Shown here: positions 17,567-31,300 of the stretch, piece after piece | Layout of the letters: the number at the start of each line of letters is the position of its first letter | How positions within the stretch are numbered: the first letter of the stretch is position 1 | Origin: Chrysomallon squamiferum | Taxonomy: Eukaryota; Animalia; Mollusca | Length of the DNA stretch: 64,000 nucleotides | Reading direction: 5' to 3' | Assembly (NCBI GenBank): GCA_012295275.1 | Contig: CM022673.1 | Span: forward strand, 20,894,001 to 20,958,000 | Made by a program: the position numbers and the translations under genes | Notes under the pieces: generated by a model | The model's database searches: none | What the model was told of the DNA's origin: nothing | What the model saw: the letters and a program-made list of their open reading frames with translations, nothing else

Positions 17567-18741
17567 TATTATCTTCCATTCTTTTTGTTTATTTTTGTTA
17601 ATTATTGTTTTTGTCTGTTTTTAATCAAACTGCGTATAAGTGTTTAAATACTATTTTTTTTTATTATTAATATATACATATATATGTCTGTATTGGGTTT
17701 GGGTGGTGTGTGTACATTTGTATATTCGTATGTGTATGTATACTGTTGTATGTATGTGTATATGTATGTGTATGTCTGTGTTTATATGAGTGTGGTACAT
17801 TTCTGTAATGTTGTATGTTTCTATATTTCTGTCTTTTTGATGATGTCTTTTCGATAAATAGTAATTTAAATTTGTTTTGAATTATTTATTTTAGTTATTT
17901 TATTGCTGTCAAACTCGGACATGTATCTCGGATATTTCCATATATAAGGTAACTCATTGTTATTATTTGTAATACCAGTAGTAGTGATAGCAGTAGTAGC
18001 AGTAGTGGTAGCAGTAGTAGTTGTAGCAGTAGCAGTAGCAGTAGCTGTCGTGGTGCTGGTGGTGGTGGTAACAGGAACGGAGGAGGAGAAGTAGTAGTAG
18101 TAGTAGTAACAGAAGTGCTGTAGCAGTAGTAATAATAATAATAATAGTAGTAGTAGTTGTTGTTACTGTTGTAAAAACGTATCTTGATTGATTTCGTTTC
18201 GTTAAAGATATATTGTGTTTAACTGTTAATTACATTTTTCTGTACATGACTAGCCGTGACGTATTCGAGTTTATAATTTATTTTATAAACCACAGCCTTC
18301 ACATAAATACAACGTTTTTTAAATTCATATTCTTTTAAAATAATATTTTAATGCTTTAGCTGATGACAATTTCTAATAATTTGTTTCAAGCGAGACTGGA
18401 AGTCACCCTCCAGAAAGCTGTGTGTTTGGACTTCTCATGACTCTGTACGCTTTTCTTTGTAAGCGATTTTTTAAATTTATCTATTTGTTTTTAAAACATT
18501 TTGTTTGTTTGTTATTATTTTTTTCGAATAAGATGTGATAATACTGTTGCAGAAGTGTGTCTCTATTATATATATATATATATTTAAATACGGTTTTGTC
18601 TGATATAAGTATTATATATAGCAAGTACAAATCTACCAACATTTATATCTTTTTCTCTTTCTGCTTGTTTAAATGGATATCTCTCTGTTTATGTTTTGTC
18701 TGTCTTTATATCTGCTTATCTACAAGTATCAGCTTGTTTAT

Positions 18742-18785
<44 letters not shown>

Positions 18786-18952
18786 TACACACATATATAA
18801 TTTATCTGTTTCTCAGTGTGACAGATTTAAAATTCAAAAGAAAAAATGATCAGCTACTTTTCATCATCACTCTTAAATAAAATATTTAAAAAGAAGAAAA
18901 CAAAAACAAACCAAAACAAACAATCGAAAACCACAACACACACACGCGCACG

Positions 18953-19013
<61 letters not shown>

Positions 19014-20452
19014 GTCAAACAAAAAGAAAAGTATTAAAAGAAAGGAAAGTTGAATATTTTCAATATTTTTTTCAGGCGTTCTTCAGACGTTTATCCGGTA
19101 TCATCATTTAGATTATTTCTGCACAAACAACAGCAGCAAATGTATGGCCCGATTCAATGCAGTGGCCCTTGTTTTGGGTTTAATATTTTCGTTTGGAGTC
19201 TTGGTAGTCGCGACTTTTCAGGTACGATAAAATATTTATTTATACCTTTTGTTTACTCAGCCAAAATATAAATAATTACCTGATTATAAACTTTTTATTT
19301 CTTGTTTTTTATTTTTGTTTTTTATTTATTTATTTATTTTATTTTATTTTATTTTATTCTGTTTATCCCCATCTCAGCTTCGAAATCTTAAAAAAAAAAA
19401 AAAAAAAATCAGTCCAAATAGTAATGACAATTCTTTATACAAGCCATGTTTTCAATCTAATAAATGAAGGAGTTGATAACCGAAGTGGTTGAACTCCAGG
19501 GAATTAAGAAAAGAATTTGGATCATGGACTGGATCACAATGATCAAATCTCTGACAGTCACATTTATTTGTATCCATTTCAGTTTTCATGCTTTAAGAAC
19601 CTCAACATTTGTTATCTCAAAAACAAGTCTGTGTGAGTTAGACCACGATGGTTCTAAACCCTTCATAGACTCTGCAACTGATTAGAATAAACTACTAATG
19701 TTCTGATCCGACTTTCCAGTATTGGTATTAATACCGATAATTTTGTTAATACCGATATTCATACTGGTATTAATAAAATTATGCCTTTTTTTCACGGATT
19801 TAAAGATAAAAAAAAAATTGGAAACTGATCTATTTTACTGCCTACAAATTTAGTCTCAGTAGATAAGCTTCAATGATATAAGAAATAATTTCAACAATCG
19901 ATAATTATTTCAGTTCACTAAACAATATCCTTAATGATAATAAAGCATTTTCTACTATAGAAGAACTAATTTCTAAAAATAATTTTAGAAACTGTGAAAA
20001 ACTTTATTTAAACAAAAAAATATATATTTTATAATATGAGAAAATATCCATTAAGCAATATATATATATATTTAATTAAATATATCTGTAAATGAAAATA
20101 AAGATTTCTGGAAACTAAATCAGGACCTTACTAATACAAGACATATAACAGAATATTTTAGTGAAAAGCAAACTGATCAGATTAATTTTCATTTTGACTA
20201 GAATAGAGACTAGTGTGTATCGTGTACAGGAACAGGACGTTACTGTATTTCGCGCAGGCGCAGCACGTTGTCTTGCAGTTTCTGGTTGTGCTAAAACGTT
20301 TTTATTCATCTGAAACTTTTTTTTTTTTTTTATTAAATTTCTAATGTCAGAAAACTTTACTTTAACATTAATTTGTTTTATTCTTAATTATTGTTTTATT
20401 GTTAATATTTAACCTTTTCCTACAAAGACAATTACTGCAATGTGTATACATA

Positions 20453-20535
<83 letters not shown>

Positions 20536-21294
20536 TAGATAAGTAAATAAACACATAGGCCCACTTCCAATACAGGTGTTGTCTCTTCGGTACTGATACT
20601 GATTTGTTATGTTGTATACCGGTATAGTAATATCGGAGTTCGTCCCTAGCCTAAACGTAAACCGGTCAAGGTCTATGTGCTGTTATAAGATACATATATT
20701 AAATATTATATATCAGTACATCCCAGTAATATGGAACATAAACTAAATATTTAAAGGCATATAATACAAGCTGACAATATAAAACTATTAAACATCAAAG
20801 TTGGAATTTGCAGTGTCTCAGTAATGAGTTCTGATTTTTTTTTTTTTCTGTTTGTGGTTTTCTGTTTCAAATTTCTGTTTTCAGCAATCCAACGTGTTGA
20901 TAGTTCACATGCTCGGTGCAGGAATGGTCTTTTGTGGCAGCCATCTTTACTTCTGGGTCCAGACTGTTTTGTCCTATAAACTTAAAGACATCTCAGGATC
21001 CTGTCGGAAAGTGGCTCACATTAGACTCTGCTTGACACTGATTCACTTAGTGTCCTGTGTTGGAAGTATCTTTTGGTTGTACCTTAGTATCACAGTAGGG
21101 TTACTATTAATAGAATCATGTTATTCCTTATTAGAGTTATCTATAATATAATATAATATTGTTACAAAAAATGTACTAGTAGTATCTTAGTAACCAGGTA
21201 TAAGAAATATACTTCGATAACATCTTAGCACCCTATATTAGAAGAGTTGGAAATATGTTTAGTAGAAATGTTACCGCTGAAACGATAAAGAATT

Positions 21295-21363
<69 letters not shown>

Positions 21364-22519
21364 AGAACAAAACAACTGAACACAACTCTGCATACTTAAA
21401 TATTTAAATTTTAGTTATACCGGGAGTTAAATAGGTTGTATAGAACGGATACACAGTGGAGACATACCCATTTACGTGGGTTATATAGACATCTAAATAG
21501 GTTACGTAGAGACCTAAGTATATTATATAGGCATTTAAATAGGTTACATAGAATTTAAGTAATTTATACAGTTGCCAAAACATTTAAATAAGTTTCATTA
21601 TTTAACTAGGTTAGATATATTTTTAAACAGGTTATACGACAATTATATGGGTTTATACAGATATTTAAACTGTTTATGCAAGTAGGCTATATGTTGATAT
21701 TTTCTCTATAATACAGGCTCTGCGATATTTAATCTTGATATGATTTTTTTTTTTCGTTGCTGTTGTTTGTTTGTTTTCTCTTGTTGTTTTTTTTTTTTTT
21801 TTTTTTTTTTTTAAACACAGCTTATTTTAATCTGTATTCTAATAAATCAAATGAACAAATTGAAGCTGTAAGTTTAAATATATTCCTTGACTTTTATTAG
21901 TGGTTACGTGTGGGGTTATAAGGATGTGGACGTCACCTCATGAGGTATGTGTGTTTATATAATTATAGTGTTATAATTACGCTTGAACTATACCCCTGCG
22001 TGTTTTGTGTGTGTGTGTGTGTGTGTGTGTGTTTATATATATATGAGTAGAGCAAAGATCAAACTGATTTTATTCATTTAGTCATTTACCGTTGCACATT
22101 TCGTTAATTTGTTTTCGTAATTTTGGCATTCTTTATCTTAATAGTAGTTGCAAACATACATTTTTGTTTTTATGGATAAACGTTTGTGAGTATGAAGAGC
22201 ATATAATTATATACCTTTTTCATTGTTTTTTCGTATATTTTATTTATTTAGCTACGATTGGTGATAATTCCCTTTTTACATAAACTTTTTGATTTTATTA
22301 TTTTTATATAATTTCTTGTTTTATATTCTTTGTTTTGTTTTGTTTATATATATATTTTAGATTATCTATCTCTACATATGGTCAACGTCTTTAGAATGGG
22401 TGGCTGTCATGCTGTCTTCCATCTTTATTTTAACCTTTTTTGGAGAATTTCGTCGTTTCCGATTCTCAACATTTAACATCCATTTCAGCGGCATAGCAGA
22501 TAAAGCTGACAATACATAA
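17369..22519 (+). CDS. DRAM/TMEM150 family membrane protein, copy B (complete, 7 coding exons)
   Basis: Exons 17369-17436, 17895-17948 (GHVSRIFPYIS), 18391-18458 (ETGSHPPESCVFG), 19076-19221 (IRY...LVVATFQ), 20885-21065 (VHMLGA..YFWVQTVLSY), 21901-21944 and 22361-22519 (LEW..LTFFGEF, TAA). The frame stays open across GT-AG junctions. Confidence 0.88.
21425..21720. repeat. Degenerate ~21-bp minisatellite in a DRAM-B intron
   Basis: Recurrent TAAATAGGTTATATAGACAT-like units. Confidence 0.6.
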
Positions 22520-24166
22520 CATATTCACTAAAAGTCTGAAACTGTGAGAAAACGGGGGCAAAAACGAACCAAAAGACAAGAAATACTTTCAGATGCATAA
22601 TAAAACAGGTGGTAGATGAGTGGATTCAACACTAACTGTAAAACAACAAACGTGTGAATTATTTATCTTTTCCTAACTAAACATTGAAAATAACGACAAA
22701 AATTGATAAACAAATATTCTGAAAATTGATAAACATATATTCTGTACAGTCTAAATTACTCTTGTATATTATGCACTGAAGAAATAATTATTCATCAGCA
22801 GCTTTAAGCTACAATATAGACTCGAATTTTGCTCCGAAGTTACTGATTTAACAGTATAAGAACAAAAATGTTTGACAGTTTGTTTATAATCCGTATATCC
22901 GTATATTTATATATTTTGATATATATAATGTTTTCATTATATGTAATACTAATTTTTTATTTATATTTATAAATCTTAATTAAAGCTTTAAAGTAAAAGC
23001 AGTTCATTTGAAAGAATTTTAATATTTGATTAGATTATTGATATTAATTGTTCCAACAAATATACTGTGTATTTTGTTATTGTTATAATAATACTGTTTT
23101 TAGTGTGAAAAAGAAAGATATTCATTATAGATTCTGTTTTTATTAACTAATTAATACGACATCTGTTGATATGAGTTAGTTACTGAATAAAACATCGTCT
23201 GTAGATGTTTTGAAATAGATGGCGACATTATTTACATCCATCCACACGTGATGGGAAACTAAAATATAGCTCATAAAACATTGAAACAGAAGCCATGTTA
23301 ATCATTAAAGTATGGCATAAATAAACATGAGGTGCCTGTTTGTATGAGTGTGTGTATCTGTTTGTGAAATATGTGTGTGTGTGTGTTTCTGTGTGTGTGT
23401 GTGTGTGTGTGTGTGCGCGTGTGGGTTGGTACTGCTAACAAAAACAGGACATTCAGTGTTCCATTCACGATATAAAACTAATCTTGCCAACATGGGTATT
23501 TTACACGGGTTTTAAAAAGCAGTACATTTGTGAGAACGAGAAACTGCGGCGGGAAATATTATTAACAGAAAAGTGTTCAGCACGTGCACAGACATCAAAA
23601 ATAAATATATACGACGGAAGTATATTTTTCATATTTTTTTTTTTTTTTTTTTTTTTTGAAAAGAATATAAAATAGTAAAAACAATTAATGAAATAAATAT
23701 TCACAGACAGTGCAACATATGTCTCTGGCAGTTCAATTATAATGTTACTTTTTATCTCCCTGGTTTTTAATATTTTGCCTCTTTATATATATATATATTA
23801 TTTTGGGGGGGTTGTTGAGGGGTTTTTGGGGGGATGCCTATCATTGACAGAAATATGAATAATATATACTTCAAAGTTACTGGCTTGTATATTGTTAAAA
23901 GAACTTAAAATAATTAAATTCAGAACTTAATAATAATAATAATAATAATAATACAACGAGCAAGACAATGGACAAAAAAGACAATATATATATAATAATA
24001 GCAACAGAAACAATAATAACAATGATAATAACAACAACAACAACAACAACAATACTACTACTGCTACTAATAAGGTCGATGACTACTATTTTGTCTTTAT
24101 TTGTTGAGTTACTTAACACTAAAAACTACAAAGACAAAAACCCCTATCGGGCTGAGGATACAGGTA

Positions 24167-24167
<1 letters not shown>

Positions 24168-24249
<82 letters not shown>

Positions 24250-24363
24250 ACAAACACACACAGACTTACACCCACACACATAGACACACACACACAGAAC
24301 ACACACACACAGAACACACACACAGAGAAACACACACACACAGATACACACACACACACAGAG

Positions 24364-24390
<27 letters not shown>
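24168..24390. repeat. (CA)n compound microsatellite
   Basis: Direct reading. Confidence 0.95.
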
Positions 24391-24399
<9 letters not shown>

Positions 24400-25087
24400 T
24401 TATTTATATAGATTTAGCTTCTTTTACTGCAGGAACGTTTTAACGATTAGCAGTTCCAGTACTATATAATTAAATGAATTATATAAAAACATAATAATAA
24501 ATAACACGAAATCCATTTAAAACAACAACAAAAAATATAGAATACGTTGACAGAAAAATACTTTATTTAGTTCAAAAAGAAATATCTGTATATTATTTCT
24601 TTTCCATTTAATGCATTTTTCTGTAACAAAACAAAAAAATTATATTCAGTATAAATAAATTGATAAATATTGGATAAGAAAAATAAATACATGGATCGGG
24701 AAGCTATCATCTATAATTAGTTATAATACTGTGCGGAGATGTCTCGGTGTAAACTCCCCAAAAATATAAAAGAAAATAATAAAAACTAATTAATAAAAAG
24801 TTTTAACAGTTACAGTATTAATGGTGCTGTGTTACAAAATAATATCACGATAAAAAAATGCTTTCTAAAGATTTTAATGTTAAGTAAATATTCATGTTTT
24901 AAAAACTACAACTACTAATACCACTGCTACTATTGCTACACCTTCTAATGCTACTGTCAACATACTACAGTTATTGATATATCTGCTAGTATTGCTATTA
25001 CTGCTACTACTACTAATACTACCACTACTACAACTACAACTAATACTAATACTAATACTGCCACTGCTATAACTATTCACACAACTG

Positions 25088-25402
25088 CTACTCCTGTTCT
25101 ACTTCACCACTTCTGCTAACCTTATTATTATGGGCATTGTGAGGATGTTCCTTCGCGGAGAACTTCCTAATTTTACGAGGGCTGTTTTCTTTCGAAGGTG
25201 CGTGCTTCCATAAAAATGCTCGGTCGTTATCATTGAACGAGTTTTGAGGATCTTTGAACGAACCACTGTCATGCATTTTTCCCAGGTGACGTTTGTTGGG
25301 AATGTTACTGCGGAATCTACGAAGACTTTGTGCCCGGTCGACAAATTCGACAATCGTAATACAAGCTACAACTACAAGCGCAATAACGATACAGGATTTC
25401 AT
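25088..25402 (-). CDS. Small orphan secreted protein / possible peptide precursor (~104 aa from MKSC)
   Basis: Non-repetitive, GC-richer island in AT-rich DNA. Signal-peptide-like MKSCIVIALVVVACITIV, basic sites RR, KR and RK. A candidate splice acceptor (ttttcag) lies upstream at about 25506-25512. No family recognised. Confidence 0.5.
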   Translation of the reverse strand: MKSCIVIALVVVACITIVEFVDRAQSLRRFRSNIPNKRHLGKMHDSGSFKDPQNSFNDNDRAFLWKHAPSKENSPRKIRKFSAKEHPHNAHNNKVSRSGEVEQE

Positions 25403-25888
25403 GTCGTAGTATTCCGATTTGTTAACCAAAATTTAAAAACACGGTTATTTTACAAGTCATAAAAATGGCAATGTCACGAACATTATTACTGATTTATATA
25501 CGTAACTGAAAACATTTTTAAAAAGTAATAAATTTATTTTTACTGATTATAATCTAAAACAAAATGGAAATAAACCAAAAAAAGAAAGGCAGTTCTGTAG
25601 GTGTGCATAATATATATACATATATGCATTTATGCATTTATCTGTACACCTGTATCGTATATTTTGACATATCAAATTAAATTTATATTATGCAGAATGT
25701 GCAGAAATCATTTTATTTACTTTTATATTAAGCCAGCTGTGATAATACATTAGATATGTTTGTTAGTTTTTTTTGAGTTTTTAAACGCCTTGTTTGGTAT
25801 TAATAGCTGTATAGCGTATTCGATTGCAGTTAGTTTCAATAGGCTTTTGAGACAATGTAATATGTGCACATTATTATGTAATTTGTAA

Positions 25889-25950
<62 letters not shown>

Positions 25951-26533
25951 GTAGTAGTATTAGTAGTAGTATTAGTAGTATTATTATGAACCTATGGATT
26001 ATTTAAAGTTGTTTTTTTTCTTTTTAAATATTATAATTTAGACTGATACAAAAATGTTTAATGTCTCATAATTTCATTAATGACGTGTTTGTATCTGTGT
26101 ATAATGTATGTATATGTATTTATATATAATATCCATAAAAAACATATGTATGTCTGTGTGAAATACATTTGTAAGTAACCAAAAAGGGCAAGCCGGCTCG
26201 TTTGAAACAAAACGGGTAATAGTGAAGGACAATAAGAATGCGCAAAGTAAGTCAAAAGATACACGTTCCGGGGAAACAGACCTTATTCGAGAGGCAGAAC
26301 CCCAGTTGTTGAACCACATCAAAATGGATGTCGGCTTGTGGTGAAATCAAGAAACTTGGATAAGTATGAAACGTAAATCATCCATTATTTTTTATAATTT
26401 TTTATTGTTTTTTATTATTGTTGTTGTTTTTGACAGCTATGTTTTTTAAAACATCTCTTTGGTCAAGCAAAATACTATGAATAATAATTTCATAAAAAAA
26501 AAAGGGGAACACACACTCACACACACATATACA

Positions 26534-26571
<38 letters not shown>

Positions 26572-28320
26572 TATACACACATGCACACACACGCACACAC
26601 GCACACACACGCACACAAAAGTGACAAACGACGGAGGGACCCATGGTGCAACTGAAGTTGACAGGCAGTTGTAATGACAATTGCAATACGCATCATAACA
26701 ACAACAATAACAACAACAAAAATCATAATAAAAATCATAATAACAACAACCAAAAACAATAATAACAATGATAATAATAATAATAACAACAACAATAATA
26801 ATAACAACAACAAAAACAACAATAATCATAATAACAACCAACATCAACAATAATAATAACAACAACAACAATAATAATAATTTCCAAAACTAGTTCCACT
26901 CTTTTAGTGTATTTGTAAACCAAACTGCGTCAGCAAAGAAACGGATTGTTGTTTCGTTTGCACGTGCAGAAGAAAGCGCATGCATTAAACAGACGTTTCT
27001 TGTCAAACCCCCACCACCACCAGTGAGGGCTGCATCAGCTGAAATCAGGTGATTGTTTTATGTATTCATCAGTGATGTATTTTATGATGTGTTTCCTGAC
27101 GGAGAGTTTACAAATAATCAAGAAAAAATCTTTTTGAGTGTTTTGACCGTCAGTAAGTAAAAACCATGTAGACGAAAACAATTATAACTTTTTTTCTTTT
27201 CTGTGTCACGTATATGATTATATACAGCCTATGTAGACACTAGATTCTAGATCAAATAATAAATTATATCGTTTACCAGGTAAATAACAGGTAAAATTAG
27301 ATACTAGTATATATTAATGATATCACCATGTCCCTTTTTCTGTGAATAAATATATATATATATATATATTTATTAATTTTAGGTATCGCATCGTATAATG
27401 ACATCACTTTGAAAATATATTTATTTTAACAGATACAAATAGTTGAGTAGTTTTTTTCAGAGCTTTTATATACAAGAAAGGTGACACCAAGAGGTTTATT
27501 TTGTTAGTAGAATGTCTTAATTAAAATGTCTTTCTTATCTTTCTTGTTCCAGTCAATGGCAGTGACAAAAGTGTTAGATTATTTTAAAAATAGGTTTATA
27601 ATTAAAATGATTTCACACATTTTATATAAAATCCTTTCTTGTACATAATCACCGAATATTAACATGACCAGTCAGATTTTAAATTATTCCCAGGAAGGTA
27701 ATATTTAAAAAATGTCTTTCTCGTTAACGATACATTGAACGTATTAAGTTTGAAATGTCAGGCGTGAATTTCCCTTTTAGCCTGCGGTCTCACAGCGGAG
27801 GAATATATTCTTCCGCATTCAGGTGGTGGTTTTTTTAATTAACAAACGTGTTATCGTCATTCTTGAACAAGGTATGGCTAAAATGTGAGGTAAGTTTTTC
27901 TTATTCCAATAGTAGTGGTGGTAGTAGAAACAACAATAAAAAATACTACTAATACTAATACTGATGATAATAATAATAATAATCTTATTATTTCGATGTC
28001 TGATTTGGTTAAAATATACTAATAACTTTTTAGAAGAAACCTCAAAAAGTCAATTACACTTTTAATAGAATATCAAAGAGCATGCATTACAAAGAAAAGA
28101 AGATTTGAGAGCACTAAAATAACAATAAAATAACACATAAACTATGAACTAGCTGAGATTTCAGTTAGAAAGATTAGGCAAGAAATCTTCTCTGATAATT
28201 AATTTACTTTTTATTTTTTATTTTATTTTATTTTGTATTGCTCTTAATGGGTTTATTTTAATGTTTTTTTTTTTTTTTTTTTCTTTTTTCTCATTAAAAA
28301 TTCTAAACTGCTCTCCAGAA

Positions 28321-31300
28321 ATGTTCGCCCAGTTTGCTGTATTGTTCACCGTCATAACGTTGACGTCAGGCCAGCTACGTTGGCAGCGTCTTCACAACGG
28401 CGGGATGATTGACGCACCAACTCATCGACGTGATCACGGATTGGGTTACGACGCTGAACGTCATCAGCTGATCGTGTTTGGAGGCAGACCAGGGCCTCGC
28501 GACGACACGTGGCTTTTTAACATCACTGAGGGTGAATCATTCACGTTCGACGTAGTCTTGTTTTAAAACTTCATTAAAATGTTTGAAAATATCCGTCGCG
28601 GGATTTTCGTGAACTTTGAACAGTTAACATTGCCCTACCATTTAGGATCCTGATTTATTTAGTAATGTAATAATAGGATATAAATAACACGGTGGACTAA
28701 GTCCAAGAAGCATGAAATAGCTCATGCTGAGTTCAAAATTAAAGAAGATCGCCGGATTATTCAAGGGTGCATCCTTCACCAATTTAATAACGAGTCCTGC
28801 AAACATACTGTCATACTGTAATGTCCGTTTTTATGTCTACTAAAAAGTAATTTCAAAAAGTCTTATTGCTAAACAATAAGATAAAATATGTTCCGCCTAA
28901 TCTTATTCAAACTAGCATGAGAATAACAACCGTTAAGATAAGTATTTCGCAGCATGTATACCTAAACATCATCTCTCTGATCTGTATACAGTCTATTCAC
29001 TCATCAAGTCTTCTAGAAATAATCTTGATATTTAAATTGTTTTCAAACATTTAGTGGACTTAAAATGTGGTCGGCGTAATTGTTTAATCTTTATAATTCT
29101 AATCCCAAGTAATATACGTTTCCTGAATGTATGGTCTTGATATCCGATTAATGTATAAGCTGTTAAGTTGGTGAACCACAAAACCAGCGTATAAACTAAA
29201 AGCGTTTTTTTTTTTCAGGCGTTCACACATCGGAAATATTTAATTATAAACAGTTTTCAAATTTACAACAATATAATTATAGAATTTTAATTCATTTTTG
29301 CTGAGGTTATTTTTTATTTATTATTATTATGTTTGGGTTTTTTTTTGTTTGGGTTTTTTGTACAGTTTGATTTATATGTAAAATTTGTTGGGTTTTTTAG
29401 AATTTATTATTTACTTTTTTCATCTCATATGTTTACTTATTTTCAAGCCAAGTGGCGTAAAGTTGTTACTAGCAAGAAGCCGCCAGCAAGATTTAGTTTT
29501 GTAAGTGGCGTCAGCAACGGCTACTTCTACGTCACCACAGGCGAAGGGAAGAACAAAATTCTCTTGTCTGATATTTGGAGGTTCAATCTCAGGTAATTTC
29601 TTTAGATTTGTATAAATGTTTCGAAAATAATTTAATTAGTAAATCGTGAAAATAACGTGTGTGTGTGTTGTAAGTCCTATTTATGATTAAATTATAGAAT
29701 TGTATATGCAGGTAATAACATCTTTCCCTCGAACTATTCAGTCTTTTTTTTTATCTTTGGTAACATAAGAAGTTACGAGGTAATGTCGTATCTACCAGGC
29801 ATTGCCTATCCCAACGATGGGTCAACCAGTTTTTGACAACAAAATTCTATCAGTTATATTATAAAATATACTATTACGTGATATTTTTCTTCCAGAACCG
29901 AGAAGTGGGAGGAACTTCCGGCGCAAGTGAGACCAAGTTACGTCAGGTTATTTGAATTTACGTCTACTCCTTTTCATTCCTTCGTCTATTGAAAATAAGT
30001 CATAATAATAATAATAATAGTAATAATAATAATAATAGTTGTAGGAGTAGCAGTAGGAGTAATAGTAGTAGCAGAAGAAATAGCACAGAAGTTAGTTGTA
30101 TTTTTTGTTCGATTTTTTATTTTTTTTTTATTTTTTTTAATTTTTTTGTATTATTTGTGTTTTCATCAAATGACTTGCAGGACTTTTTAAAACTGCTTTC
30201 TGATCTTTAAATGATTTTTTTTATTTCGAAGCACGAATTACATATTTTATTTAGACTTCGAGACTGGGCAAAACTTTCTGCGACAGCTGTGAAACCTGAC
30301 TCACGGTACGGGGCTGCAGGCGGGCTGTTTCCAGGCAGTGACACGCTGTTTGTGTCCCTCGGGTTCTCCACCCAGCGGTACTTTGACACCTTCACCTACG
30401 ACCTCAGTAAGAAAGCATGGTACAAAGGTAAACAAGTTAGCAGATACATTTTCCAGAACACTGGATTTTACATTATTAAGCAAAATGATTTTAATATCGT
30501 CGCATCTTTTCTCAGTTAAAAATATTTTATATTTACGTAACTGAAAATCTAAAATTATTTTGAAATGTATTAAGATTTTCAAAAAGTAAATAATATTACA
30601 GAACAAAAGATGAAAATTACATAAAAGGTGTTTATTTAATTTTCTGTATTTGGATTTGTTTTAACAGAATTTTGCGATGAGTATTTGTGCAACCCGTATG
30701 ATCCTCGCTACCCTCACGCGCGATGTCTTCACAGCGGCACCGTCATTGAAAATGACCAGCTTGTCATTTTCGGTGGCTGTCTGACGTAAGTCAATATGAC
30801 CAGCTTGTCATTTTCGGTGGCTGTTTGACGTAAGTCAATATGACCAGCTTGTCATTTTCGGTGGTTGTATGACGTAATATGACCAGCTCGTCATTTTCGG
30901 TGGTTATATGACGTAATATGACCGGCTTGTTATTTTCGGTGGCTGTCTGACTTAATATGATCAGCTCGTTATTTTTGGTGGTTGTCTGATGTAAATTAAA
31001 AATTACCAGCATATTCTTTTCTGTCTCGTGCAAGGTTTTTGAATATTTAAATATAACGTACAAGGGACTATAATTTTACAGAATATAAACTTGAAGGTTT
31101 TGTTTTTTGTTTGTTTGTTAGTTTTGTTTTTACTTTTATTGTTGGTGTTGCCTTGTTATTATTTTGGTTTTTGTTTTGTTTTTTCTGATATTTCATCGAG
31201 TATGAAGTGTAAAAATATGAGTAGTACCAGTCAATTTACAGACAAATGACTCTGTTAAATATTTTAGATTAATCATCTTTTTTCCCCCAGCGGTGGTGGT

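Noticed and set aside
26077-26360. GC-richer island and 81-aa ORF upstream of the orphan secreted ORF
   Set aside because: It could be a UTR exon or regulatory DNA, but no convincing splice sites or protein motif could be assigned.
30752-30995. CRISPR-like regularly spaced repeats
   Set aside because: Units are head-to-tail with no unique spacers, derive from a spliced exon end, and there are no cas genes; the context is eukaryotic.
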